From a virus, in IMG/VR virus record IMGVR_UViG_3300038415_000180: a stretch of 36,671 nt of DNA; one strand, 5' to 3'. The notes under the pieces were generated by a model. That model saw only the letters and a list, made by a program, of their open reading frames with translations, was not told where the DNA came from and did no database searches. A program made the translations under genes and the position numbers. Positions 8,542 through 17,760 of this stretch are shown here, one piece after another (position 1 is the stretch's first letter; the number at the start of each line of letters is the position of its first letter).

Positions 8542-8643
8542 CTAGTGCTCGCACACTACCAGAAGTACACCGATTATTAGCAGGGCAATACCAAACCCCT
8601 TGGCTACTTGAAGTAGGATCTCTTGTCGTATTTTGGTTGTCAT
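8542..8643 (-). CDS. Small hydrophobic peptide, 33 aa (MTTKIRQEILLQVAKGFGIALLIIGVLLVVCEH).
   Basis: Short ORF with one TM-like segment, positioned between two genes of the same operon. It is below the track cutoff. Confidence 0.25.
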   Translation of the reverse strand: MTTKIRQEILLQVAKGFGIALLIIGVLLVVCEH

Positions 8644-8698
8644 CGTCTCCCCCACGGTGGGACATCAGCGGGTTCACGCCCTTCAATAGCAACAAAGG

Positions 8699-8917
8699 TC
8701 ATCGTCGTATTACTCCACCTTCTCCCCAGTCGTCAAAGCCGAGTCCGCAGTCTGGGCAACTCCAATGTCCACACTTGGGGTGGCATTCTCTCATCCGTCG
8801 ATGCTGACACTGGTAGATCATGGGTACCCACCAGTTGGGTCTAACCTTGCGGTCGTTACCCCCCAGGTCCCGAACTCCTTGCTTCGTCAGTTTCGTCCCA
8901 GCTGGGAATACCCTCAT
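8699..8917 (-). CDS. Small Cys/His-rich protein, 72 aa (CQHRRMRECHPKCGHWSCPDCG).
   Basis: ORF with a 4-nt overlap with the upstream gene 8914-9273. Confidence 0.3.
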   Translation of the reverse strand: MRVFPAGTKLTKQGVRDLGGNDRKVRPNWWVPMIYQCQHRRMRECHPKCGHWSCPDCGLGFDDWGEGGVIRR

Positions 8918-9273
8918 GCAATACCAATGGTGTTGGTCGTGTACCGGTATTCATTGTCAAAGGTAAACAGTTGGACGTGATAGCTGTCTGGAAACGCTAC
9001 CACGAACCAAACGACTATGGCATGTCGTTGCAGAACTTGAGTTCTTGACGCCACAAGCATCGCCGGGTCATCGAGCTTACGCCGGATAGAGGGGTGCAAC
9101 TTCATCCTGGCTATGAAAAGGTTCCGGTCATAGGCTAGGATTTCGTCGCTATTCCTGGTATCCAAGTAGATTACCAAGTCGTCTCCGATATTCTCCCAAC
9201 CTCTCCTGGCTATATGCAAGAGGTTCCCATTCACATACGGTCGTACTGGCGCGGGTATACTTTCTGTCTCCAT
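8914..9273 (-). CDS. Hypothetical protein, 119 aa.
   Basis: ORF that heads a minus-strand operon. Confidence 0.45.
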   Translation of the reverse strand: METESIPAPVRPYVNGNLLHIARRGWENIGDDLVIYLDTRNSDEILAYDRNLFIARMKLHPSIRRKLDDPAMLVASRTQVLQRHAIVVWFVVAFPDSYHVQLFTFDNEYRYTTNTIGIA

Positions 9274-9373
9274 TAGTCGCTACTTCGCTTTACAGCTTGT
9301 CTTTGATTGTAGGGCCGCAATACTCAATAATCAATACTTTTCTAAGATAAGTGACGAGACATGGGATACCATG

Positions 9374-10411
9374 TCAAATAACTGGCTTTCTCTTGTACCT
9401 AGTGGGTATACTTGCCCTATCTTCGTGGGTTTTAGGGGTCGGTTGAGTACCTTCTTGGTTACGATTTGGTCTACGGGTACGCTGATGACTAACGAATTGG
9501 ACTGGGTCGATACCTGAGGCAATTTGCCCCTGTACACCTCGTAGGAACTCTCGTTGCTGTATCTCACGGGGGGTTGGAGCCCTTGTCAAGACATTGGTCC
9601 ACGCCTCCCGCCAGGCTTGCCGACGCTCTGGGTCTTGTGGGATGTTAAGTTCACTGACTGGAAGTTCAGTGTTCATGCCGAAGTTGGCATCATCGAGCCT
9701 AGCCCCTAGCTGCTGGCGCCCCAGGATTTGGTCCCGACCTTCCATCACCCGTTGTTCCATCACCTGATTAAGGGCCTCCTCTAGGGTTTGAGTCGGCTGC
9801 GCCAGAAGCTCGGCCAGGGTCCGGTCGCTTAACACTCCCCGGGAGTTCAAGTCCCTGAGTGCTCTGTCCCTCTCCCTTTCACCCCCCTCACCCTCTACAG
9901 GGGGTAGGGCCTCCCTGATTCGATCAGCGAACTGCTCAGAGGTCTCAGCGACGAACTCTACCCGCTCCGTAGCCTGCTCCATAACCCTCCCCCCCTCCGC
10001 TCTCGCGGCTCCATACACACCTTCAATACACCTTGCGAAATCTGGGTCTGATACATGAAATTCGCTTGGGATTTGTTCATCAGGGTCCACATATCTTAGG
10101 TTATTGGCAGCGTCTCTCAGCTGTTGCACCAACTCATCTCGAACCCCTTCACCAACGTGATCCCCCATCCCCTCCCATGCAACACCCCAGGTTCGAACCG
10201 AACTGATCCCATCCTGTGGCAAAGTCCGAACCCGATAGAGGACCTGCATGCACTGGATCCGAAGTAAATCCCCGAAGTAGGCGGCCATCCTCTCAGGAGT
10301 GAAATGGTGGGATAATTCGTTGACAATCTGGGGTTCTAGACTGAAGGTCGCGTGACCGTTGTCCTGTCCAGAGTCATCGCGGACACGAACGAAAATGTCT
10401 ACTCGTGGCAT
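9374..10411 (-). CDS. Hypothetical Arg/Glu-rich protein, 345 aa, ending ...ASIPTRYKRKPVI*.
   Basis: Long ORF that carries the conserved C-terminal tag. Confidence 0.6.
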   Translation of the reverse strand: MPRVDIFVRVRDDSGQDNGHATFSLEPQIVNELSHHFTPERMAAYFGDLLRIQCMQVLYRVRTLPQDGISSVRTWGVAWEGMGDHVGEGVRDELVQQLRDAANNLRYVDPDEQIPSEFHVSDPDFARCIEGVYGAARAEGGRVMEQATERVEFVAETSEQFADRIREALPPVEGEGGERERDRALRDLNSRGVLSDRTLAELLAQPTQTLEEALNQVMEQRVMEGRDQILGRQQLGARLDDANFGMNTELPVSELNIPQDPERRQAWREAWTNVLTRAPTPREIQQREFLRGVQGQIASGIDPVQFVSHQRTRRPNRNQEGTQPTPKTHEDRASIPTRYKRKPVI

Positions 10412-10459
10412 GGGCGTGTATGCAATCTACCTCATGCTACGTCCGGTGTATAGTCCGAT

Positions 10460-10702
10460 ATGGGTAAGCCTGAGTTGATCACGAGTTACAAGTACGAGAA
10501 GGAACGTCTGGCCAAAGTCGAGAAAGCCCTTGAAATACAGAAGAAAAAACTGGCCGGGATCTGCAAAGAACTGCTTGAGCAACATGGGAAAGGCCCCCAC
10601 GACATAGGCGACGGCAACACCGATGGTTACATCGTGATTCAAAAAGGGGAATCGTGCTACTTGAGCCCTTGCAGAGCCTCGAAAAAGGCTGCAAGCGGTT
10701 GA
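10460..10702 (+). CDS. Small hypothetical protein, 80 aa, helical with a Lys/Glu-rich N-terminus.
   Basis: ORF only. Confidence 0.35.
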   Translation: MGKPELITSYKYEKERLAKVEKALEIQKKKLAGICKELLEQHGKGPHDIGDGNTDGYIVIQKGESCYLSPCRASKKAASG

Positions 10703-10756
10703 CTTGTGTGACTATTTTGGGCAAGATGCAGTCCTCACCGTTCCTGACGAGACTGT

Positions 10757-10975
10757 ATGGAAGACCTGAAACCCAAACCTCGCTCACCACTCAGTGTCGA
10801 AAAGCTCCGAGAGCTTGAGGCCTACGTCACTGGCTTCATAGACGAACAGGGCTTCGGTAACGACGAGTGTATCTACCAGTCCGATTCTGCTTCACTTGAA
10901 GGCCCGACGCTCATTGACGGGTTGTGCAAGATCGTGGGCTACACTCAGTGGTTAGAGGAGTCACCCTCAAAGTGA
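10757..10975 (+). CDS. Small acidic hypothetical protein, 72 aa.
   Basis: ORF whose stop overlaps the GTG start of the next gene (GTGA). Confidence 0.4.
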   Translation: MEDLKPKPRSPLSVEKLRELEAYVTGFIDEQGFGNDECIYQSDSASLEGPTLIDGLCKIVGYTQWLEESPSK

Positions 10976-11412
10976 CTCAGATTCAAGCGTTTTGTGAGTT
11001 ATGCGCGATTCTCTTGGCAGCCGCTTGTGCATGTGCGCTCATCATAGAACTGGTTGAAAGCAGAGAATATCGGTACCCAACCTGGAAGGTTGGGTGTTGT
11101 GAAGCACCGATCGTTCTTTATATTATACTTTTATCTGCATTCCTACTGCCCCCGAAATTGTCTTGGCTACACGTACTCGGGGTAGTGTCATCCTATTTGG
11201 CTCTTGTACAAGCCTTCATGCTTCGGCTACGTATCTACAATACGAGGCGAGAGGCTCGGGAGCATGCTCGACTGTTGGCTGTTAGTGCTGAGGTAAGCAA
11301 AAAAGTTGAAGGTGTCAAGGTTAGGGTCATGGATCTGATGGAGAGAGAACGGCTCTTGAAGGCTATCAGACCTAAATCCAAGAGTCGTTACGAGCGCGAC
11401 CCAGTCATATGA
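10972..11412 (+). CDS. Membrane protein, about 146 aa, ending ...SKSRYERDPVI* (the shared tag). The likely start is GTG 10972. The ORF track extends it to 10924.
   Basis: There are 2-3 hydrophobic helices (AILLAAACACALIIELV and IVLYIILLSAFLLPP...VLGVVSSYLALVQAFML). It carries the conserved C-terminal motif. Confidence 0.5.
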   Translation: MTQIQAFCELCAILLAAACACALIIELVESREYRYPTWKVGCCEAPIVLYIILLSAFLLPPKLSWLHVLGVVSSYLALVQAFMLRLRIYNTRREAREHARLLAVSAEVSKKVEGVKVRVMDLMERERLLKAIRPKSKSRYERDPVI

Positions 11413-12025
11413 CCCACGGTCTCTCGTACCGAGTCAGGTATCGGACCTCGGAAGCGGTAAGCGGAAGCGGGAACAACTCTCGAATGTCATTCGCTTGAGT
11501 TCTAGGTTCTTGTGGCTGATAGATCACGGTATCATCAGTCGTTTCTTGATCTCTGAAGAACCTGAATCGTTCAGCCCCAGTGGCTGAATTCAATGCCATC
11601 CCACAACTACGGGCATCATTGCAACAGGCCCAGGCTATCGCCAAGTTAGCATGGCCCTTGGACTTGGTTGCGTTGTCCTCACGCATGATCCTGTTGAGAC
11701 CGATGGCTCTCGAAATAGCCGCTTCAGGGTCGTAGTCCTCGTTGCCTGCCACTAGGGAGGCCTTCTTCCTAGCTAGGTGGTCTAGGAGCTGTTCATCAAG
11801 ATCCCCATCCTCAGCTTGAACAGTCCTCAGTGCGGCCCTCATTGCCACCCAGTGCAGGTTCTTGGATTTGGGGTTCAAAGTGAGGAGTACCTTGAACATC
11901 ACATTGCCATCGTGGCAATGTTCCCAAGCTGTATCGAAGTCCCCAATCTTAGAGTTTTCCATCCACTCAAGGAACACCTTGGACACTTCAACCGCCCGAG
12001 CCACCTCTGGGGAAGGAAAAGTCAT
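11405..12025 (-). CDS. Hypothetical protein, 206 aa, ending ...LTRYERPWVI* (the shared tag).
   Basis: ORF with an ATGA overlap with the upstream gene. Its 3' end overlaps the convergent gene through the palindrome GTCATATGAC. Confidence 0.6.
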   Translation of the reverse strand: MTFPSPEVARAVEVSKVFLEWMENSKIGDFDTAWEHCHDGNVMFKVLLTLNPKSKNLHWVAMRAALRTVQAEDGDLDEQLLDHLARKKASLVAGNEDYDPEAAISRAIGLNRIMREDNATKSKGHANLAIAWACCNDARSCGMALNSATGAERFRFFRDQETTDDTVIYQPQEPRTQANDIRELFPLPLTASEVRYLTRYERPWVI

Positions 12026-12432
12026 AACACTGGCTTTCTGTGATACCTATTCGGGAACCCAGGGCGTGGAATGTCCTCACCCTCCTTTGGCTCCAAGACC
12101 TGAAGGGGAAGTTGAAGACACCTAGCCCCCTCTTCACTGTTCAGGGAGGCCGCCATCAAGGCCATTCTATCTGCCGTACCCATGTTGTGGTCGTCAGCAT
12201 ACTGATCAAGCCTCTTGAAGTACGCGGTACCTGCAGCACTACGCGCCCAGTAATTCACGAAGTGGTGAAGGCTCTTCATCAAGAACCCGAAAGTCTGGCA
12301 GAAGGCGTGGCGCCGGTCCTCTTCGTTGACTAGGTCCGGATCTTGGAACTCGGACAGGGGCAAGTCCATCTCGTTATGGTGTACCTGCCCATCATCCTCG
12401 ATGAGCTGGACTATGAGCCTGAGTGACGCCAT
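12022..12432 (-). CDS. Hypothetical protein, 136 aa, ending ...PNRYHRKPVL* (the shared tag).
   Basis: ORF with a near-consensus promoter directly upstream. Confidence 0.6.
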   Translation of the reverse strand: MASLRLIVQLIEDDGQVHHNEMDLPLSEFQDPDLVNEEDRRHAFCQTFGFLMKSLHHFVNYWARSAAGTAYFKRLDQYADDHNMGTADRMALMAASLNSEEGARCLQLPLQVLEPKEGEDIPRPGFPNRYHRKPVL

Positions 12433-12439
12433 GTCGGTA

Positions 12440-12469
12440 TTTATATCATAGTTAGCGCGGTATTGACAA
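12440..12469 (-). promoter_or_regulatory. Sigma-70-like promoter TTGTCA -18- TATAAA, 7 nt upstream of ATG 12432.
   Basis: Near-consensus hexamers read on the minus strand. It implies a very short leader. Confidence 0.45.
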
Positions 12470-12491
12470 TGCTTTGATAAAGGGTGTAACC

Positions 12492-12872
12492 ATGGGCCAG
12501 AATCAAGTGGTACCTAACCAAAAAGACATCGAACAAGCTACGCAGGTCTATCAGATCTTGGCCCCCTACCTGGACAGCCAAATCTTGAATTCGGTTGTGG
12601 AAGCCAAGAACTCCGGGATCAAGGACATTGTCATCTACTTGGACACCATCAACCACCAGATCTATGAGCTGGAGAGGGAGGGGTTCCTCAAAGAGCCCGG
12701 AGCACCCGATGACCTCAAGAAACTGCTCTGCAGACCCTCCTGCGAGATAGCCTCCTTCGGCGCCGAGGTACCCGGGTACTTGAGCTTCTGGTTTATAGTG
12801 CTGCTTCCGGATAGTCAAATAGCTGCGATGGCTATTTTATCAGTCCCTAAGCGGGACAATGGAATCAACTGA
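12492..12872 (+). CDS. Hypothetical protein, about 126 aa. The start is set at ATG 12492.
   Basis: ORF only. Confidence 0.4.
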   Translation: MGQNQVVPNQKDIEQATQVYQILAPYLDSQILNSVVEAKNSGIKDIVIYLDTINHQIYELEREGFLKEPGAPDDLKKLLCRPSCEIASFGAEVPGYLSFWFIVLLPDSQIAAMAILSVPKRDNGIN

Positions 12873-13367
12873 CATCCCCTGTTCGTGGACCAACTCGTCG
12901 TTGAGGCCGATCTCTTTGATGTTCACGAACGGTAGCAGACGCTTCAACAGGTTAAGGTACCTGTTGCCACTGGTCTTGAACCCATCTGAAAGACCATCGA
13001 TCTCACTGCTTAGGATCTTGACCTCTAGGTGAGTAGTAGCTGACTTGGACGAGGCGTTCAGAGTCAGTTCCTGAATCATCCCAACAGGCTCACCCCCAAC
13101 ATAAACTCTGACGACGGGTCCGCAGGGTATGCCAGCCTTGGCTTCATGATGCTCGAACACGATCATCAGGTCGTTCTTACCTAGCTCATGAGTCATGGGC
13201 TTCGGTGGATCAGATTCAGCGCTCCGAGTGAACACGAAGACCTGGTCATTGTCGCCTACATCAACGGTCGCCATTCTCGTCTCCCTTGGGTAGTATCTCG
13301 TCATAGGTAAACCACGATGGTTTATACTTAACGATGTCCTCTGGTGGTACCCAAATCCGACAAACAC
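12840..13367 (-). CDS. Hypothetical protein. The true start is probably the internal Met (MATVDVG..., about 13272).
   Basis: ORF whose long overlap with the upstream gene suggests a shorter real start. Confidence 0.4.
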   Translation of the reverse strand: MFVGFGYHQRTSLSINHRGLPMTRYYPRETRMATVDVGDNDQVFVFTRSAESDPPKPMTHELGKNDLMIVFEHHEAKAGIPCGPVVRVYVGGEPVGMIQELTLNASSKSATTHLEVKILSSEIDGLSDGFKTSGNRYLNLLKRLLPFVNIKEIGLNDELVHEQGMSVDSIVPLRD

Positions 13368-13683
13368 AAGAGGCGATCAAGATCCCCCTTGGGTCTTCCT
13401 TCCAGGAGACAATGAGACCTTGCTCAGGGGTTACTTGATCCTGCAAGAACTCTATCAGCCACTTGATTAGGTTGTTGGCGCGCTCGGGGGGATAGGGTCC
13501 ACACCAAGGGAGGGTGTAGTTGTAGCTCTCAGGTGGTTCACACTCGAAGTAGCTCACTGCCTCGAATAGCCTGGTGAAGTTTCTATTGTGCTCCAGTACG
13601 AAGAATCTCTTTCCGAAACTCATGTCGTAGATCGGAACCGCGTCAGTTGGTGGTGTGTCCCAGTGAATACATCCAATGCCCAT
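13261..13683 (-). CDS. Hypothetical protein, 140 aa.
   Basis: ORF. Confidence 0.45.
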   Translation of the reverse strand: MGIGCIHWDTPPTDAVPIYDMSFGKRFFVLEHNRNFTRLFEAVSYFECEPPESYNYTLPWCGPYPPERANNLIKWLIEFLQDQVTPEQGLIVSWKEDPRGILIASCVCRIWVPPEDIVKYKPSWFTYDEILPKGDENGDR

Positions 13684-13703
13684 GCCACTGGATACACCGG
13701 GGC

Positions 13704-14063
13704 TTAGTCATCCCGGATAGTGATCTTCTCAAGCATCTTCTTGCGGTCGCTGAAGTCCAGGTTAGTGGGCTTTCGCTTAAAAGTCCTTCTGAGGTTCCTG
13801 ACTGTAATCGTCCACATCTTGGCTTGCTCGTCATCTGGGTTGTCACGATACGCTACCCAACCCAACCTCGGAACCCTTGGTGGTTCATGATTGAATCCTG
13901 GGTCATCTGCGCAGAGGAACATGTGGCCTTGATGCTCCTGGGCAAACTTCTCCATGTCAGCCCATAGGTCGTGAATGTCTTCCCAATCGGTATCGATTGG
14001 GCTGGCGTCGACTCCGATGATTCGAAACAGGTCGGTCATAGTGGCTTGTTCTTCAGTTGGCAT
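13704..14063 (-). CDS. Hypothetical protein, 119 aa.
   Basis: ORF. Confidence 0.5.
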   Translation of the reverse strand: MPTEEQATMTDLFRIIGVDASPIDTDWEDIHDLWADMEKFAQEHQGHMFLCADDPGFNHEPPRVPRLGWVAYRDNPDDEQAKMWTITVRNLRRTFKRKPTNLDFSDRKKMLEKITIRDD

Positions 14064-14064
14064 A

Positions 14065-14619
14065 TCAACCTCGTAGTTTTACAATACCTTCAGCCAATGG
14101 GACACAAGTCTTGTTCAGGTAAAAGGTGACAGCCGGTTGCGAGTTGTGCTGGAACACGAAGCTAGCAAGATCCTTTGACAGCTCACCGACTGTATGGGAC
14201 TCATTGAGCAAGTGAAGGTAGGGCCAGGTTGAATCACGGGACGTGGTCCATTCCCCGCTTCTATCCGTTGGACCTCTCTTGTTTCGTCGGTAGACGATCA
14301 TCGATCGAAAGAGGTTGTGCATGTCGAACGGGTTGAAGATCTTCTCTTCGTTGGTGCTACTGAAGACCAACAAGGGGATGGCCACCGGAGTCTCGTAGTA
14401 GGCATGCTCCAAGAGCCAGTAGGTGTTTTGCCAATCCATCCCGTCTACCCAAACCTCAGCGTAATAGTCGTCCTTGGGACCACCAACTGACGTCATTGTT
14501 GGGTAGGTGTAGTTCTCGCTGGCGAGGCCGTACCTCCCTCGACCCTCCTTGATAAGCGCAGGACCCGCCAAGAAGTGAGTGGGAAATTGAGCTACGTCGT
14601 TGTTATAGATGTCAGCCAT
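14065..14619 (-). CDS. Hypothetical protein, 184 aa.
   Basis: ORF with an 8-nt overlap with the upstream gene. Confidence 0.55.
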   Translation of the reverse strand: MADIYNNDVAQFPTHFLAGPALIKEGRGRYGLASENYTYPTMTSVGGPKDDYYAEVWVDGMDWQNTYWLLEHAYYETPVAIPLLVFSSTNEEKIFNPFDMHNLFRSMIVYRRNKRGPTDRSGEWTTSRDSTWPYLHLLNESHTVGELSKDLASFVFQHNSQPAVTFYLNKTCVPLAEGIVKLRG

Positions 14620-14971
14620 ATTCGTTCGTCAATCGGTCAAAGATGGAACGAGTGCTCTCGTCCCATGCAGTTACTTCGTCAAGGGTCGCTCGGCGCCAGA
14701 CACCTGAGAACCTTGCAGAGGTTGGTTCATTGTCTGCGTCGAGAGTGAGTGAACCCTCCCAGACCCAGAATCCGGGAGATGAGGGGAGGTCTGAGAACAG
14801 CTCCCAGAGGCTTACCCGATCATTGTCCACCTCGATAACGAATTCCCAGATTGAGGTCATATCCTTGGGAAGGTTATCCCAGTGGCTCTCGTATGACTCA
14901 AGGATCGCTGATTGGACAGGGAAGAGTCCGATGGCAACCAGGATGGCGTGAGAGCTGGTGGTCGAGATCAT
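14612..14971 (-). CDS. Hypothetical protein, 119 aa.
   Basis: ORF with an ATGA overlap with the upstream gene. Confidence 0.5.
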   Translation of the reverse strand: MISTTSSHAILVAIGLFPVQSAILESYESHWDNLPKDMTSIWEFVIEVDNDRVSLWELFSDLPSSPGFWVWEGSLTLDADNEPTSARFSGVWRRATLDEVTAWDESTRSIFDRLTNEYG

Positions 14972-15678
14972 ACCTGACTAGTCCATAACTGGTCTAGTCG
15001 TTGGATCTCTTGGCGGATGAGGGCTATGTTCTCGTTGATCTCGTCCTTCAGGTACTTGAGGTATACCTGTCGGTGTTTGACCATCCAGGCTTCCCTCTCC
15101 TCGCCATCCTCCTTGGGTGCGGGTCCTAGCATCTTTGACTCAGCTAGGATACTGGCGCCGGTTGGATTAGAGAACATCCCTGAGCAGGACCCAATCTGAT
15201 GGTCGATACCAGTTGGACCGACTCGAACCCCCCACTCATCGACAGCCCAGTGGCGATGCTTCTCAGGTAAGGCCGCCTCTTGCTCTTCCGTGGCTATCAA
15301 GATTGGGGTGAAGTACGAATCGCAGTCGTACTTGTAGTATGGGGTTGGTTCGGGAAAGGTAACTGGCTCAGTTGGTCCTTTTTCACCCTCGTCGGTATTC
15401 ATCACCGGCTTGCGGTCACCAACCTTGATGGCCATCCAGCGAAGTACGCTGTAGATGTAGTCCCTCTCGAATCCAGCCATTGGCCCATAGTCAAACCCTA
15501 TCGATGTCTTGGATCCACCATAGGACAGATCATCAGTAGGGCCACGAGAGGACCCACTCCACTCATTGGGGTCCTTCCCACAGACCACCGACCACCGGCG
15601 GTAGTTGGCTTCCATGAAGCCAAGCATCTTCTTCCGTATGGGTGCTAACTTGACGTGAATGGATATTGAGTAGCCCAT
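14968..15678 (-). CDS. Hypothetical protein, 236 aa.
   Basis: ORF. Confidence 0.55.
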   Translation of the reverse strand: MGYSISIHVKLAPIRKKMLGFMEANYRRWSVVCGKDPNEWSGSSRGPTDDLSYGGSKTSIGFDYGPMAGFERDYIYSVLRWMAIKVGDRKPVMNTDEGEKGPTEPVTFPEPTPYYKYDCDSYFTPILIATEEQEAALPEKHRHWAVDEWGVRVGPTGIDHQIGSCSGMFSNPTGASILAESKMLGPAPKEDGEEREAWMVKHRQVYLKYLKDEINENIALIRQEIQRLDQLWTSQV

Positions 15679-15874
15679 TGATCCTGGCTACACCGTGTCA
15701 CCACCCCTTATGAATGAAGTGAACAGCAACCCAAATAATCAGCCCACTTAGACTGAGAACGAGCCCAAGGAATACGGGAAGAGGACCTTCCCGTATTTGA
15801 CCCCCTTGTCGATGGCCTTGAAAGCTAGCTGCTTGCCTTCTTCAGTGAAGATAGATGGAATGTCGTTGTCCGGT

Positions 15875-16558
15875 TTAGGTGGGGGCGTGATTACATTCAG
15901 CATCGTCTTTAGTCTCCTCTGTCTGTGGCCCGCGCTCTTCCGCGTCTGCAATCGCCTGGGCAATGGACTTGTACAGCTCGGCTCTCCCATGAAGATCTCC
16001 CATCAGGTAGACCTCGTGGGCCAATGTTCGATGCCTCTCGGTTCTGACCTCTACGGCCCCTATGACACAGATCTTGTGGGTAACACCGGTTCCCTTACCG
16101 CGAGTCTTCCCACCGATGAAGACCTCATCAACCTCAACGGGATACCCCCAACCGATGCTGTCCCTCTCGGGTCGAACCATGCTTGCTCGGAGCTTGTGAA
16201 GCAATTGGAACGCGGTTTCGTACCTATTGATGTCGAGTTGCCTTTGAAACTGCAAAGCACTCTGTCCAGGTGTCTGAGTCGTCACTAGGTAGGCTCCCCA
16301 GAACCAGGTTGAGAGCGAGGTATGGGTGTTCTGCATCACGGTACCGGCCGTAAGAGAAGTGTCGGCCATACAGGCTCGGCATCGAAGAACCCCGGGACGA
16401 TTAGCAAACCGGTAGGGCTCCTTTATTACTACGCCGCACTTGGGGCAAGTGAAGCCTTCCGGCCAACGAAGCTTCTCAAGATAGTCGGCGCAGGCAGCAT
16501 CGTTCGGGAAGACTCTTTGAAACTCAGGTAGTGAAGTTGGGAAACCGCGAGAATCCAT
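15875..16558 (-). CDS. IS1595-family transposase-like protein reduced to its N-terminal zinc-ribbon and HTH part (227 aa). It diverges and stops before any DDE catalytic region. It is either a truncated pseudogene or a domesticated DNA-binding protein.
   Basis: FPNDAACADYLEKLRWPEGFTCPKCG matches the transposase zinc-ribbon signature of IS1595/ISXO2-like elements. It is followed by ...VEVDEVFIGGKTRGKGTG...KICVIGAVEVRTER, as at the start of the IS1595 DDE domain, but the rest is absent. I saw no inverted repeats flanking it. Confidence 0.55.
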   Translation of the reverse strand: MDSRGFPTSLPEFQRVFPNDAACADYLEKLRWPEGFTCPKCGVVIKEPYRFANRPGVLRCRACMADTSLTAGTVMQNTHTSLSTWFWGAYLVTTQTPGQSALQFQRQLDINRYETAFQLLHKLRASMVRPERDSIGWGYPVEVDEVFIGGKTRGKGTGVTHKICVIGAVEVRTERHRTLAHEVYLMGDLHGRAELYKSIAQAIADAEERGPQTEETKDDAECNHAPT

Positions 16559-16561
16559 GCT

Positions 16562-16602
16562 TTAGTATAGATCTTTGATATTGGGTGTCAACCGTATATA
16601 CG
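16562..16602. promoter_or_regulatory. Compact bidirectional promoter region. On the minus strand, TTGACA -18- TACTAA lies 3 nt before ATG 16558. On the plus strand, TTGATA -16- TATACG serves gene 16649.
   Basis: The two sets of hexamers overlap and are read on opposite strands. The palindrome CCGTATATACGG sits in the centre. Confidence 0.4.
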
Positions 16603-16648
16603 GAAAACACCCAAGAATAGGTGGTAGGGTAGTTTACATGAAAATCAA

Positions 16649-17257
16649 GTGACTTCACGTCCGGTGTGGGCTATGCTACCAAAAGACGTTATGGTTGAAG
16701 ATCTCACGAAAAAAGTGGCCGAGCGGTACCAAGAGAAGACCGCGATGGCCGTGGTCATCCGGAACGTGGCTCGCCACAACTGGGGTTGGTTCTCTAGGGA
16801 AGATCCCAGGATGCACCTTCAGACGGTTGATGAGGACAGCCTCAGAGGGCCTTTCAAAGTCAAAGTCTGGTTGGAGTCCAAGGGAAAGAGGGTGTTCGAG
16901 TTGGCCGAAGGTCAGATCTCTGGCCCAGATCTAAAGAAGCTTCGAGACAGGGTGGAAACTGAACGGGAGAACATCGAAGACCGATGGGCAAACTTCATGT
17001 ACCAGAATGGTTGGTTGAAGTACCAATTGAATGGTTCAACTCTCACTTTAACGGCGTACCCCGGGGGTCATAACTCATTCACTCGAACCGTTGACCTTGG
17101 TAAAGAGTACCCTGGAATGGATTGGGATCGGGCTCCGATGTATGTCGACTTTGATGTGACCACTGGAGCTTTATTAGCCGTCGGCCCTGAGAAAAACATG
17201 GATGCCAGGATTCACATCCCCACAAGTGTCATCTTGTGGGGGACTGGTAAGTGGTAG
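16649..17257 (+). CDS. Hypothetical protein, 202 aa.
   Basis: ORF. Confidence 0.5.
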   Translation: MTSRPVWAMLPKDVMVEDLTKKVAERYQEKTAMAVVIRNVARHNWGWFSREDPRMHLQTVDEDSLRGPFKVKVWLESKGKRVFELAEGQISGPDLKKLRDRVETERENIEDRWANFMYQNGWLKYQLNGSTLTLTAYPGGHNSFTRTVDLGKEYPGMDWDRAPMYVDFDVTTGALLAVGPEKNMDARIHIPTSVILWGTGKW

Positions 17258-17292
17258 CGGTCATCGAGGTTCAAGTGGTGTAAACCACTTCC

Positions 17293-17760
17293 ATGATTGA
17301 ATACCTCGAATACTCCCAAGCCGGCGGGTTCAAAGACTCAAGCTACAAGCTCCCTGTTGACATTGATAGCTATGAGGAATCCCTGAAGCAATCAGGTTGG
17401 CATCACATGCTTGGTTCAGGGGATGGGGACACTGACATCAGACAGCTAATGAGTTACTCATACAGTGGTTCTCAACCATCCGAGTTTACTCACTTGGTGA
17501 CTGTTTGGAATGGGTGTGAGGAAGAAGCCTCGATTCTCACTCGTGGTAAAGCTGATTGGTTAGCCCTGAGGGTAACCTTGGCCCCATTGATTACCGGCCC
17601 TCAGGTAGCCTTTCACTCAGAAGGCCTTAACGATTTGGCTGAGAAGGTATTCAAGATCTGGCATGGACACGACCGCTATGCTGTCTGCATGGAATGTGAC
17701 CCAGAGGAAACCAGAAAATTGCGAGATGCTCGGGCCTCTCGAAATAAAAAGATCGGTTAG
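17293..17760 (+). CDS. Hypothetical protein, 155 aa.
   Basis: ORF. A small hairpin (AAGTGGT-gtaa-ACCACTT) lies just upstream. Confidence 0.5.
   Translation: MIEYLEYSQAGGFKDSSYKLPVDIDSYEESLKQSGWHHMLGSGDGDTDIRQLMSYSYSGSQPSEFTHLVTVWNGCEEEASILTRGKADWLALRVTLAPLITGPQVAFHSEGLNDLAEKVFKIWHGHDRYAVCMECDPEETRKLRDARASRNKKIG

Noticed and set aside
5645-15696. An 11-mer TGGCTACACCG shared between 5645 and 15686, considered as a possible regulatory repeat.
   Set aside because: An exact 11-mer shared once within 36.7 kb on two strands is expected by chance. The flanks do not extend the similarity.
15748-15990. An 80-aa minus ORF that could extend the transposase through a frameshift.
   Set aside because: Its translation is basic and Pro-rich and shows no DDE-domain features. 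It overlaps the transposase-like ORF by 116 nt. I treat it as spurious.
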